Positions 27,429 to 36,145 of a stretch of DNA of 64,000 bases are shown piece by piece. The stretch is from Dehalococcoidia bacterium (lineage in GTDB: Bacteria > Chloroflexota > Dehalococcoidia > Lucifugimonadales > Australimonadaceae), in assembly GCA_965200975.1 (NCBI GenBank), contig OZ241740.1, positions 108,300 through 172,299 of the forward strand, read 5' to 3'. The notes under the pieces were generated by a model. It saw only the letters and a program-made list of their open reading frames with translations, was not told the origin of the DNA and made no database searches. How positions within the stretch are numbered: position 1 is the first letter of the stretch; the number at the start of each line of letters is the position of its first letter. Position numbers and translations under genes: made by a program.

Positions 27429-28349
27429 CTAGGCCCGAATCTCTTCGCGCATGAACTTGACGTAGGAGGCTGCGACGAGCACGGCTGTCATCGCCACGAG
27501 GGCGACAATATGCGGCCACACGAGCTGCAGGCTCTGTCCGGCGGACACGGGCGTGGTCAGCAGGTGGGCCAGACGGCTCTGCTCGATAGCGAACAGGTTG
27601 AGCGCCCGCCCGCCGAGCGGGTCCAGCAGTATCGAGGTCGCCTCGGAGAAGAGCCCGGAGGGGGATACGCGGTTGACCCACGACTCGATGTTGATGTGGC
27701 GAATCGCATCTTCCGTGGCCGCGACCTCAGGGACTATCCGGTCGGCCAGCACGCCGCCCAGCAGCGGCGTCAGGAAACCGAGGCCGAACCAGGCGCCTAT
27801 GGACGCCAGCGCCGATGTGACGGTGTTCCGCAGTACTACCGAGAACGTTACGGCAAGGGCGAGCCAGAACGTAATGTAGGCGACCGCTACGAAGCCCAGG
27901 CCAATGAGGCGAATCACCTCCTCGCCCGACGGGGCGATGCCCATTCGGAACATCGTAAGGCCGACGACGACGATCATCATGCTTGCGATTACGAGCGCGA
28001 GCGTCAGCACGGCGGCGAGCAGTTTCGCGTTGTAGACGTCGTCGCGGTGGAGCGGCTGCGACAGCAGACGGGCTAGCGTTCCTTGCGTGCGTTCGCCGTT
28101 GATTGCGTCGAACCCGAGGGCTATGCCGATTATCGGTCCGAAGAAGCTGATGAACGAGAGGAGCGAGATCGGCACTCCGAACGCGGTGATGAAGACATCG
28201 AGGAAGAAGAACTCGCGCCCCTGCCGCACCAGCGCTTCGAGGTCGACGAACGCTCCCCAGATAACGCCGATGCCCACGAGCCCCAGAAGCAGCGTGAAGC
28301 GCCGCTTGCCGAAGTGGTCAGCCATCTCTTTCCAGAACAGCGCCCTCAC
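27429..28349 (-). CDS. ABC-2 type transporter permease
   Basis: About 306 aa from GTG 28349 (VRALFWKEMADHFGKRRF), 6 hydrophobic segments. The GTG overlaps the ATPase stop (GTGA). Confidence 0.75.
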   Translation of the reverse strand: MRALFWKEMADHFGKRRFTLLLGLVGIGVIWGAFVDLEALVRQGREFFFLDVFITAFGVPISLLSFISFFGPIIGIALGFDAINGERTQGTLARLLSQPLHRDDVYNAKLLAAVLTLALVIASMMIVVVGLTMFRMGIAPSGEEVIRLIGLGFVAVAYITFWLALAVTFSVVLRNTVTSALASIGAWFGLGFLTPLLGGVLADRIVPEVAATEDAIRHINIESWVNRVSPSGLFSEATSILLDPLGGRALNLFAIEQSRLAHLLTTPVSAGQSLQLVWPHIVALVAMTAVLVAASYVKFMREEIRA

Positions 28350-29284
28350 GCCACAGCCTCCTCGAAGTAGCGCAGGTAAATCTCTTCGAGCGACGAGTTC
28401 TGCGCGCGCAGCTCCAGCAGACGCGCGCCGCTTTCGTGGACAGCGGCGGCCACCTCCGCGCGCACGTCGCGGCTGCTCTCGATCACAGCCTGGCCGCCCG
28501 TGCGCGCGAGCGCCTCGACGCCGGGGACGGCGCGCAGCGCGTCGTCGAGACCGTCGCCCCCTTCCGTCGCGACGGTTACGCGGAAGCCGCCGCCGTCCAC
28601 CTGCCCGGTGAGCTCGGCGACCGTGCCCTCGAGCACGATCTTCCCGTGAGACATAATGCCGACGCGGCGACAGATGCGCTGCACCTCGTGCAGCTGGTGG
28701 GACGAGAGAAAGAAGGCGATGTTGCGTTGCCGGCTGAGCTCTTCGATCAGTTCGAGAAGCCACTGAATGCCGGCGGGGTCGAGGCCAAGCGTCGGGTCGT
28801 CGAGGATGACGACTCGAGGCTCCTTCAGCAGTACGTCGGCGAGCCCGAGCCGCTGGCGCATGCCGCGCGAGTACTGGCCCACAGGCTGACGCGCGGCGTC
28901 GGCCAGTTCGACCATAGCGAGCAGCTCGCCAATCCGGGCGTCCGCGCGGCGCGGGTCGACGCCGTTGAGCTCAGCGGTGAAGCGGAGGTTCTCGGCGCCG
29001 GTCAGGTCGCCGTAGAAGCCGACCGACTCCGGCAGATAGCCGACCTGGCGCTTCACAGCGATCGGCTCGCGGGAAGGGTCGTGTCCGCAGACCCGGACTT
29101 CCCCTTCGGTGGGTTCGGTAAGGCCGAGCATCATAAGAATGGTCGTGCTCTTGCCTGAGCCGTTGGGGCCGAGGAAGCCGTAGACTTCGCCCTCGTAGAG
29201 GGTGATGTCTATCCCGTCGACCGCGCGGAAGGCGCCGTAGGCCTTGGCGAGCCCGCGGGCCTCGATGAGCGCTGCGCCGTTCAT
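28346..29284 (-). CDS. ABC transporter ATP-binding protein (ABC-2 exporter type)
   Basis: 312 aa from ATG 29284. Walker A GPNGSGKST, signature YSRGMRQRLGLA, Walker B VVILDDP. The start overlaps the upstream stop (ATGA). Confidence 0.88.
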   Translation of the reverse strand: MNGAALIEARGLAKAYGAFRAVDGIDITLYEGEVYGFLGPNGSGKSTTILMMLGLTEPTEGEVRVCGHDPSREPIAVKRQVGYLPESVGFYGDLTGAENLRFTAELNGVDPRRADARIGELLAMVELADAARQPVGQYSRGMRQRLGLADVLLKEPRVVILDDPTLGLDPAGIQWLLELIEELSRQRNIAFFLSSHQLHEVQRICRRVGIMSHGKIVLEGTVAELTGQVDGGGFRVTVATEGGDGLDDALRAVPGVEALARTGGQAVIESSRDVRAEVAAAVHESGARLLELRAQNSSLEEIYLRYFEEAVA

Positions 29285-30522
29285 CGCCTGCCGAGCCTGA
29301 GGAAGAGTCCGGCCAGGCCGCCGATGACAAGAACAACCAGCACGATGCCGAGCCAGCCCCATATCGTGGATTGAGCGACGGTTACGCGCACTTCGAGGGA
29401 GTCCGCCGTGTCGGGATGAACGGAGCGGAGGGTTATGAGGTAGTCGCCGGGGATGGCGTTTCCGGCAGGGAGGACGGTGAAGGGGATGTCTATAAGGTTG
29501 GCGGCGGGGAGCGGGGGCACGGTCGAGGGTTCGAATGTGACCTCCCAACCCTGAGGAGCGTCGGCCACGAGCGATATGTCGGTGAGCTCGGCGGTGCCTA
29601 TGTTCGTGATGCGGAGTTTGGCGGAGGAGGGCTCGCCGGCGGTTGCCTCGATGTTCAGGCGGCCGGTGTCGGTGGTGGTGATGATGTCGCCCGTGCCGCG
29701 AACGGTGACCTGCAGGAGCGTAGTGGCCTCGAACCCGGCCTCGTCGTAGACCCGGACGGGGACGAAGTAGTCGCCGGCGTCAGTGCCGCGGGGAGGCGAG
29801 ACGCGGACATCGACGCGTTCGGAGAGCGCGTCGCCGACGCTGATGCTGGAGATGAGGCGCTCCTCGCCGAAGGAAGGCACGTAGTCGATCTCCCAGCCGC
29901 TGAGCGCCTGACCGGCGTCGTTGACGGCGGCGCCTTCGAGCGTGAACGAGGAGTCGGCGCCGGTGTCGTTCTCGATGACGATCTCGAAATTGAACGTGCT
30001 GTCCGCCGTCCCGCGCAGGACGGGGAAGGTGGTGATGATGGCGACGCCGGTGTCGGCGCTTGCCGGCGGTTCGGGCACGGTGAGCGTGAAGACTGCGCTG
30101 TCGTACTCGACGGCGCCGTCGGGGGATGTGATCCGGAGCCCGAGGGAGTAGTCGCCAGGGGCAGGCCGCGGCTCGGGGAGGTCAATGCGGAGCCGGAGCG
30201 TCTGGCTGGGGGCGACGCTGTTCTCCGGCTCAGGCTCGACGATGATCTCGCTCACCTTGAAGTCGAAGAACCGGTCCCAGACGCCGATGGTCCAGCCCTC
30301 GGGGAGGTTTTCGAGGTGAATTCTGACCGGTCGGCGCTCGTTCGTGTTGTTCCAGAGATCCACGACGAGGTCGGTGCGGGTCTCGCGCGGGCCCATCTCG
30401 AGGGATCGCACGGGCGAGTCCATCTGCACGTCGTTGGGGTTCTGGGCGAACGCGGGGGCGCTCTGGGCGACGACCGCGAGCCCCAGGGCTAACGCAATCC
30501 AGGCGTAACGGACAATCCGCAT
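29281..30522 (-). CDS. secreted, C-terminally membrane-anchored repeat protein with NEW3/CARDB-like Ig-fold domains
   Basis: 413 aa from ATG 30522 (SD AAGGAAGG). Signal peptide MRIVRYAWIALALGLAVVAQSAPAFA. Repeated units of the type ...NxGxxxxxxxLxxxxPxGWxV. C-terminal TM segment WGWLGIVLVVLVIGGLAGLFL. Confidence 0.6.
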   Translation of the reverse strand: MRIVRYAWIALALGLAVVAQSAPAFAQNPNDVQMDSPVRSLEMGPRETRTDLVVDLWNNTNERRPVRIHLENLPEGWTIGVWDRFFDFKVSEIIVEPEPENSVAPSQTLRLRIDLPEPRPAPGDYSLGLRITSPDGAVEYDSAVFTLTVPEPPASADTGVAIITTFPVLRGTADSTFNFEIVIENDTGADSSFTLEGAAVNDAGQALSGWEIDYVPSFGEERLISSISVGDALSERVDVRVSPPRGTDAGDYFVPVRVYDEAGFEATTLLQVTVRGTGDIITTTDTGRLNIEATAGEPSSAKLRITNIGTAELTDISLVADAPQGWEVTFEPSTVPPLPAANLIDIPFTVLPAGNAIPGDYLITLRSVHPDTADSLEVRVTVAQSTIWGWLGIVLVVLVIGGLAGLFLRLGRR

Positions 30523-30706
30523 CTCGGCTCTACCTTCCTTGAATAGCTTGTCGGGGCCGGGGGCCCTGGTCGCGCGCGGCGGCGAATATCTGCAGGAGCG
30601 ACATCGCATTGTAAGCTTAACGACCCGCCGCCGGAATTGGTTCTATGCCGTCGAACTGTTCAGGATTGAGGAGTTGGCGCGCGATAGGGGTGGGAGAGCG
30701 ACGTCG

Positions 30707-30758
30707 GCGCCGGCGCGCTGCTGGGAGAGCGTCCGCTCCCCCAGACCCCCTGGCGGAG
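30707..30758 (+). repeat. full 52-nt copy of the GC-rich hairpin repeat family
   Basis: GCGCCGGCGCGCTGCTGGGAGAGCGTCCGCTCCCCCAGACCCCCTGGCGGAG ends 1 nt before the mazG stop codon (30760-30762). A half-unit GGTGGGAGAGCGACGTC lies just upstream (30689-30705). Confidence 0.85.
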
Positions 30759-30759
30759 C

Positions 30760-31536
30760 TCACCCGGCGTGCTTGGCCTCTTCCCACAGCTCCAGCTTGC
30801 GGGCAGTCGTGAGGTCCGCGATCGCGCCGCCGCCCTCTTTCGCCGCGCGCTCGACGCTGCCGAAGCGCGCGCGGAACCTGGCGTTGGCGCCACGGAGCGC
30901 TTGCTCAGCGTCGATGTCGAGCCGGTGGGCGGCGCCGACTAGCGCGAACAGGAGATCGCCGAACTCTTCCTCGCGGCGCTGCGGCGATTCGGCGGCGCGA
31001 AGTTCGCCGACCTCCTCGGCAACCTTCTCGAAGCTCTTCCCAGGGTCGTCCCAGTCGAACCCTGCCTGCCGGGCGCGCCCGAGCACCGCCTCGGCGTACG
31101 CCAGGGCCGGCATCGACTTCGATACGCCGTCGAGCATCGACGCGTCGGCGCGGCCTTGCCGGGCGCGCTCCTGCGCCTTCACGCGCTCCCACTGCCCTTT
31201 GACCTCTTCGGGGGTGCGCGCAGAGGCGTCGGCGAACACGTGGGGGTGCCGGCGCACGAGCTTGGCGTTCACCTGCTCAATGACGTCGTCGATGGTGAAC
31301 GCGCCCTCGTCCGCGCCAATCTGGGCGTGGAAGACGACATGCAGCAGGAGGTCGCCGAGTTCTTCGATCAGGCCGCCCTCGTCGCCGACGCCGAGGGCGT
31401 CGATCAGCTCGTACGTCTCCTCCAGCAGAGAGTCGCGGAGCGAGGCGTGGGTCTGCTGAAGGTCCCACGGGCATCCGGACTCCGGGTCGCGCAGGCGCCG
31501 CATCGTTGCGAGCAGCTCGTCGAAGGTCGTCGACAC
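30760..31536 (-). CDS. mazG: nucleoside triphosphate pyrophosphohydrolase MazG (tandem MazG domains)
   Basis: 258 aa. CPWDLQQTH, EETYELIDA, and EEFGDLLFALV in the second domain. Confidence 0.88.
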   Translation of the reverse strand: MSTTFDELLATMRRLRDPESGCPWDLQQTHASLRDSLLEETYELIDALGVGDEGGLIEELGDLLLHVVFHAQIGADEGAFTIDDVIEQVNAKLVRRHPHVFADASARTPEEVKGQWERVKAQERARQGRADASMLDGVSKSMPALAYAEAVLGRARQAGFDWDDPGKSFEKVAEEVGELRAAESPQRREEEFGDLLFALVGAAHRLDIDAEQALRGANARFRARFGSVERAAKEGGGAIADLTTARKLELWEEAKHAG

Positions 31537-31711
31537 AGTCTCTCTCCTCCTCGTGAACGCAGGTTAGGCGTGAAGGGGCGCCGCGGATAGGCGCGCCGCA
31601 GGCTCCATAGTAGGGGAGCGGCAGGCCTGCGGGCAAAGCGGCAGGCGTCCAGGCTGCCTCAACCGCTCTGGGCTGGTAGGCGCGCTCTGAAACCGTTGCG
31701 CGGCTCGGGGC

Positions 31712-31720
31712 TGCTAGTAT
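31712..31720 (+). promoter_or_regulatory. extended -10 promoter TGCTAGTAT positioned for a leaderless transcript
   Basis: The -10 hexamer ends at 31720 and ATG is at 31727, so the expected TSS coincides with the start codon. No SD is possible. Confidence 0.5.
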
Positions 31721-31726
31721 GGCCGC

Positions 31727-32692
31727 ATGAGGCGGCTCGCTAGCAATAAGTGGCGGATTGCGGGATGGATCGCGCCGGCGGCGGTGGCGCTCCTCCTCAT
31801 CGCTACGAGCGTGCGCGTCGCCGCCAACAGTCTGCCGCTGTACGAGGCCCTGTGGGAGCGGCATGGCGTAGCGGAGCGCACAGGAATCACGCCGCAGGGC
31901 CTCGCCGGGGTAGGCCGTCAGATTCAGGAGTACTTCAACAGCAGCGAAGAGCCTTTGCGCGTTACGGCGGCGGTGCGAGGGGAGGAGCTCGAGCTGTTCA
32001 CGCCGGACGAAGTGTCGCATATGGCGGACGTGAAGCAGCTATTCCGGCGGACATACCGCGCGCAAGAGGCGGCGGCGCTGCTGCTGGCGCTTCTCGGCGT
32101 CGCTGCGGTTTGGAGGTTCCGGAGCAGCGTTTACAGGCTGCTTGCGCAGTGGATGCGGCGCGGCGCCGTCGCTACGGCTGCGTTCGTACTGATCGTGGGG
32201 CTGCTGAGCCTGATCGCGTTCAACGCGGTGTTCACCGCCTTCCACTATCTGGGCTTTCCGCAAGGCAACTGGGTCTTCGACCCGCGCACGTCGTATCTGA
32301 TTCAGGTGTTTCCGCTGGGATTCTGGCAGGACGTCACTATCACTGTCGGGTTACTGTCGCTGCTGGGCGCTGCGACGCTCTGGGGCGTCGGGACAGTCGC
32401 GTTACGCGTCGCGCAACGCCCGCCGCGAACAGACCCCCGAGCCGAGCCGCAGGCGCAGGAAGCGAAAGATCTCGTCTGTGTAGGAACGTACCCGAACGAG
32501 GCTGAAGCGCGCTTGTGCGAAGGGCTGCTCCGGGACAACGGCATCGTGGCGATGGTGCGCCCGGACTATGCCGGCTATGGGGCGTGGGGGGCGAATCAGT
32601 TCAGCCCGCACAGCCTGTGGGTGCTCGGCAGCAACGAGGAAGCCGCGCGCAGTCTGCTCGACTCCGACCCCAGCCCTGCGGCGGAACCCTAG
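31727..32692 (+). CDS. TIGR01906/DUF1461 (Lit-like) integral membrane protein with a soluble C-terminal extension of about 70 aa (DUF2007-like)
   Basis: 321 aa. N-terminal TM segment, conserved FTPDEVSHMADVKQLF motif, further TM segments. The tail LVCVGTYPNEAEARLCEGLLRDNGIVAMVRPD resembles DUF2007. Confidence 0.6.
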   Translation: MRRLASNKWRIAGWIAPAAVALLLIATSVRVAANSLPLYEALWERHGVAERTGITPQGLAGVGRQIQEYFNSSEEPLRVTAAVRGEELELFTPDEVSHMADVKQLFRRTYRAQEAAALLLALLGVAAVWRFRSSVYRLLAQWMRRGAVATAAFVLIVGLLSLIAFNAVFTAFHYLGFPQGNWVFDPRTSYLIQVFPLGFWQDVTITVGLLSLLGAATLWGVGTVALRVAQRPPRTDPRAEPQAQEAKDLVCVGTYPNEAEARLCEGLLRDNGIVAMVRPDYAGYGAWGANQFSPHSLWVLGSNEEAARSLLDSDPSPAAEP

Positions 32693-32910
32693 CCGCAGCC
32701 GCAGCCCCCGCCGCAGCAGGCGCCGCTGAGGGGGCCGGCGGGCGAAGGCCCCGCGCCGGCTGCGACAGCGACAGGGGCGGCGAACAGGGAGAGGATGCGC
32801 CGGGCGGACGCACCGCACTCCGGACAGTCGGCCTCGCGGGCGGCGGTCATCGGCTGAAGACGTTCGAACCCGAACCCGCAGTCCTCGCATGCGTACTCGT
32901 AGAGCGGCAT
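32689..32910 (-). CDS. FmdB-family zinc-ribbon protein
   Basis: 73 aa from ATG 32910 (SD GGGGAGGAG). MPLYEYACEDCG...CPECG with a Cys/Gly-rich tail CCGGGCGCG. Confidence 0.8.
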   Translation of the reverse strand: MPLYEYACEDCGFGFERLQPMTAAREADCPECGASARRILSLFAAPVAVAAGAGPSPAGPLSGACCGGGCGCG

Positions 32911-33046
32911 TGCCTTCTCCTCCCCTTCCCTGGCTCCCGGAAGCGACGTCTGCGCGATTCGTGAGTCTGTCGCCTGTATCAATAATAGCAGCAGGGAAAA
33001 CGACCGGGGAATGCGCGCGGCGACTGTTCCGCGGGGATGCGTTGAC

Positions 33047-33085
33047 GCGCTGCTCGAAGAGCGGCGCTCTCCCAGACCCCCTTGG
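33047..33085 (+). repeat. diverged copy of the GC-rich hairpin repeat family
   Basis: GCGCTGCTCGAAGAGCGGCGCTCTCCCAGACCCCCTTGG, 17 nt from the response-regulator stop codon. Confidence 0.6.
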
Positions 33086-33101
33086 CGACCATGCGGAGGG
33101 G

Positions 33102-33785
33102 TTAGCCGCGGAAGCGGTAGCCGACGTTCCAGACTGTGTCGATGAAGGTGTGGGTCGCGTCTTCGATTTTGCTGCGGAGACGCCGGATGTGCACGTCCAC
33201 TGTTCGGGTGCCGCCGAAGTATTGGTACCCCCACACCTGCTCGAGCAGGGCCTCCCGCGTGTAGACCCGTCCCGGAGTGGACGCCAGCAGCTTGAGCAGT
33301 TCGTACTCTTTGAAGGTCAGGAGCACGGGCCTGCCTGCGAGAAAGACGTCGTAGCGGTTCGAGTCGATCACGAGGTCTTCGACGCGAATAACGCCGGGTT
33401 CGTCGCCGGGCGAGGCGCGTTCGAGACGGCGGCGGATGCGCAAGGCCAGCTCGCCGGGCCGCCACGGGACAACGATGAAGTCGTCGGCTTTGGGAAAATG
33501 CGCAGGAACGAGGAGGCGTTCGCCGGAGACCGCCGCAATGACGGGACACGGAGCGGCGCCGGCGCTGCGGCCAATGTTCTCCGCGCCGCGCGGGTCGGCG
33601 TCGACGAAGTCCAGGAGGAGGATGTCGGGGGCGTCGGTGTCGGCGGCGCGCTCGAAGGCGACCCCTTCGCGACGGAGGCACTCGGCGAGGTCGCGTCCCG
33701 GGCCTAAACCGTCGCTGACCACGCCGATCTGCACATGCTCGAGGCCGACGGCGGGCGCAACCTGCAGGGAGCGGCCTACCACCAT
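33102..33785 (-). CDS. OmpR/PhoB-family winged-helix response regulator with a degenerate receiver domain
   Basis: C-terminal LTFKEYELLKLL...TVDVHIRRLRSKIE...VWNVGYRF. The receiver keeps LLLD, but the conserved Lys is replaced (DDFIVVPWRPGEL versus DDYITKPF) and the N-terminal acidic pair is SD. ATG 33785 overlaps cysM by 10 nt (GTG 33734 is an alternative start). Confidence 0.8.
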   Translation of the reverse strand: MVVGRSLQVAPAVGLEHVQIGVVSDGLGPGRDLAECLRREGVAFERAADTDAPDILLLDFVDADPRGAENIGRSAGAAPCPVIAAVSGERLLVPAHFPKADDFIVVPWRPGELALRIRRRLERASPGDEPGVIRVEDLVIDSNRYDVFLAGRPVLLTFKEYELLKLLASTPGRVYTREALLEQVWGYQYFGGTRTVDVHIRRLRSKIEDATHTFIDTVWNVGYRFRG

Positions 33786-34711
33786 ACCTTTCCCTCGACG
33801 TCGCGCTGCAGGTCAGTGAACTCGCGGGTCCAGAGTCCGCTGCTGAGATACTTCCACCCTCCGTCGGCGAAGAGGCAGACGATGTCGCCGTGGTCGATGC
33901 GGTTGGCGACGCGCACTGCGGCGGCGAGGGCGGCGCCAGAGGAGACTCCGGCGAAGACGCCTTCCTCGCGCAGGAGGGCGGCGGTCATGCTGAAGCTCTC
34001 GGCGCTGCTGATCATAATGCGCGCGTCGAGCAGCGCCAGGTCGAGGATGGGAGGCACGAATCCTTCTTCCAGGCTCCGGAGGCCCTGAATTCGATCGTCC
34101 GGCTCGGGGGCGGCGGCGATGATCTCGACTGCGGGGTTGAACTCCTTCAGCCGCCGGCCAACCCCCATCAGGGTTCCCCCCGTGCCGAGGCCCGCCACAA
34201 AGTGAGTCGTCTCAGGCAGATCGCGGATGATCTCGGGAGCGGTCGTCTCGTAGTGGGCGCGGGGGTTGGCGGGATTGCCGTACTGGTAGAGCATCACGTA
34301 ACGGTCGTCCCGTGCGGCCAGCTCTTGCGCGGCGAGGATGGAGCCGTTGGAGCCCTGCTCGCCCGGGGAGTAGATGATTTCAGCCCCGTAGGCGCGGAGC
34401 AGTTCGCTCCGCTCCGCGCTCACGTTGTCGGGCATTACGGCGCAGAAGCGGCGCCCGAGGCGCTGCGTGACCATCGCGAGGGATATTCCCGTGTTGCCGC
34501 TCGTAGGCTCGAGGAGCGTCTTATCGCCGGGAAGCTGGCCGTCGTCGAGGGCGGCCTGCACCATAGCCCGGGCGATGCGGTCCTTCACCGAGCCGGTGGG
34601 ATTGTTCCCTTCGAGCTTGGCGTGGATGCGGACGCCCGGCTTGGGAGTGAATGACGGCAGTTCGACCAGCGGGGTATTGCCGATGGCCTCTATCAGGTTC
34701 TTGCTGCGCAT
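33776..34711 (-). CDS. cysM: cysteine synthase, CysO-thiocarboxylate-dependent CysM type
   Basis: 311 aa from ATG 34711. PLP Lys motif NPTGSVKDR, GNTGISLA, GLGTGGTLMG. MLYQYGNPAN and the C-terminal EGKVWW closely resemble mycobacterial CysM, as I recall it. Confidence 0.8.
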   Translation of the reverse strand: MRSKNLIEAIGNTPLVELPSFTPKPGVRIHAKLEGNNPTGSVKDRIARAMVQAALDDGQLPGDKTLLEPTSGNTGISLAMVTQRLGRRFCAVMPDNVSAERSELLRAYGAEIIYSPGEQGSNGSILAAQELAARDDRYVMLYQYGNPANPRAHYETTAPEIIRDLPETTHFVAGLGTGGTLMGVGRRLKEFNPAVEIIAAAPEPDDRIQGLRSLEEGFVPPILDLALLDARIMISSAESFSMTAALLREEGVFAGVSSGAALAAAVRVANRIDHGDIVCLFADGGWKYLSSGLWTREFTDLQRDVEGKVWW

Positions 34712-34733
34712 AGCGGAGAGGGCGCGCGTGGGG

Positions 34734-35579
34734 TTAGTGCGCCGCGACCGCCTCCTCCGCGCCGGGCGCCGGGGCAAGGCCGCAGAACACCTCGTAGTCG
34801 ACCAGCTCGGTCACCGTGGGGTTGTCGCCGCAGAGCGGGCAGGCGGCGTTGCGGCGCGTCTTGACGACCCGGAACTCCATATTGAGCGCGTCGACCAGGA
34901 GCAGGCGGCGGGTGAGGGTCTCGCCGATGCCGAGAACGAGCTTGACCACCTCGGTGGCCTGAATGCTGCCTATCGTGCCCGTCAGGGCGCCAAGGACGCC
35001 CGCCTCGGCGCAGTTCGGCACCATTCCGGGAGGAGGCGGCTCGGGGAATAGGCAGCGGTAGCAGCCCTCTCCCGGCTGGTAAACAGTGACCTGGCCGTCG
35101 AATATCAGAATGCTGCCGTCGACCACGGGCTTGCCGTTGAGGTAGGCCGCGTCGTTGACGAGGTAGCGCGTCGCGAAGTTGTCGGCGCCGTTCACGACGA
35201 TGTCGTACCGGCTCACGAGCTCCATCGCGTTCTCGGAGTTGATCGGAAATTCGTGGGGAACGACGGCGACCTCGGGGTTGTAGCGGCGGAGCGTCTGTAT
35301 TGCGGACTCCACCTTCGGCATGCCAACCGTCTCGGAGTTGTGGAGCACCTGACGCTGGAGGTTGCTGATGTCGACGGTGTCGAAGTCGACGAGGCCGATC
35401 GTTCCGACTCCGGCGAGCGCCAGGTAGAGGGCTACGGGGCCGCCGAGTCCGCCGGCGCCGACGATGAGGACGCGCGACTCCATCAGTTTGCGCTGCCCTC
35501 GGCTGCCTATCTGCGGCATTATGATGTGGCGGCTGTAGCGTTTCACTTGTTCGGGCGTCAGCTGGGGCGCCGTTGTCAT
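34734..35579 (-). CDS. moeB: MoeB/ThiF-family E1-like adenylyltransferase (no rhodanese domain)
   Basis: 281 aa from ATG 35579 (SD GGAGAGAG). YSRHIIMPQIG, VGAGGLGG, DISNLQRQ, and Zn cysteines CYRC...CPLC. Confidence 0.85.
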   Translation of the reverse strand: MTTAPQLTPEQVKRYSRHIIMPQIGSRGQRKLMESRVLIVGAGGLGGPVALYLALAGVGTIGLVDFDTVDISNLQRQVLHNSETVGMPKVESAIQTLRRYNPEVAVVPHEFPINSENAMELVSRYDIVVNGADNFATRYLVNDAAYLNGKPVVDGSILIFDGQVTVYQPGEGCYRCLFPEPPPPGMVPNCAEAGVLGALTGTIGSIQATEVVKLVLGIGETLTRRLLLVDALNMEFRVVKTRRNAACPLCGDNPTVTELVDYEVFCGLAPAPGAEEAVAAH

Positions 35580-35658
35580 ACTCTCTCTCCTTCTCGCGCT
35601 CTCGCCTGAAGGGCGCAAGTTTTCCTGGTTTCGGGTTGCCGGCGGCTCTGCGGCGCAG

Positions 35659-36102
35659 CTAGCCGATGCGCAACGCCGCCGGTTCAGCGCGGGCGCGCTG
35701 CCGCTGCGCAAGGTCGTCGATAGTGGTTGTGGTGAGGACGGCGCGCACCGCGTCCTCGACATCGCGCCAGATGTCGCGTTGGGCGCAGCTGCCGGAGAGG
35801 GCGCACTCCGACGCGTCGTCGAGACACTCGAGCGGCGGGTTGCGGCCTTCCAGCGTGGCGACCACCTCGTCCAGCGTGATGTCGGCTGCGGAGCGGGCTA
35901 GCACGTGGCCTCCTTGCGGCCCCCTGCGGCTCTTGATGAAGCCGAACTTGTTGAGGGTCGTGAGCACCTGGTCGAGGTAATTCTCGGGGATCCCTTGCCG
36001 CCCGGCGATGTCGGCGGTGCGCACGGGCCGACCTGCGCCGGAGCATTGGGCAAGTTCGACAAGCGCCCGCACTCCGTAGTCCACCTTCATAGGGATGCGC
36101 AT
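35659..36102 (-). CDS. Rrf2-family transcriptional regulator (CymR/IscR-like)
   Basis: 147 aa from ATG 36102 (AGGAGG 7 nt upstream; GTG 36108 is listed in the ORF track). VDYGVRALVELA with a winged-HTH, and a C-terminal Cys cluster CLDDASECALSGSC. Confidence 0.85.
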   Translation of the reverse strand: MRIPMKVDYGVRALVELAQCSGAGRPVRTADIAGRQGIPENYLDQVLTTLNKFGFIKSRRGPQGGHVLARSAADITLDEVVATLEGRNPPLECLDDASECALSGSCAQRDIWRDVEDAVRAVLTTTTIDDLAQRQRARAEPAALRIG

Positions 36103-36145
36103 GCCCACTCCTCCTGCACGTCCGCCCCGCAGGCCTAATGCGTCA

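Noticed and set aside
32689-32910. Cys/Gly-rich small protein as a RiPP or metallothionein-like precursor
   Set aside because: The N-terminal CxxC...CxxC zinc ribbon and Gly/Cys tail are typical of the FmdB family. There are no modification enzymes nearby.
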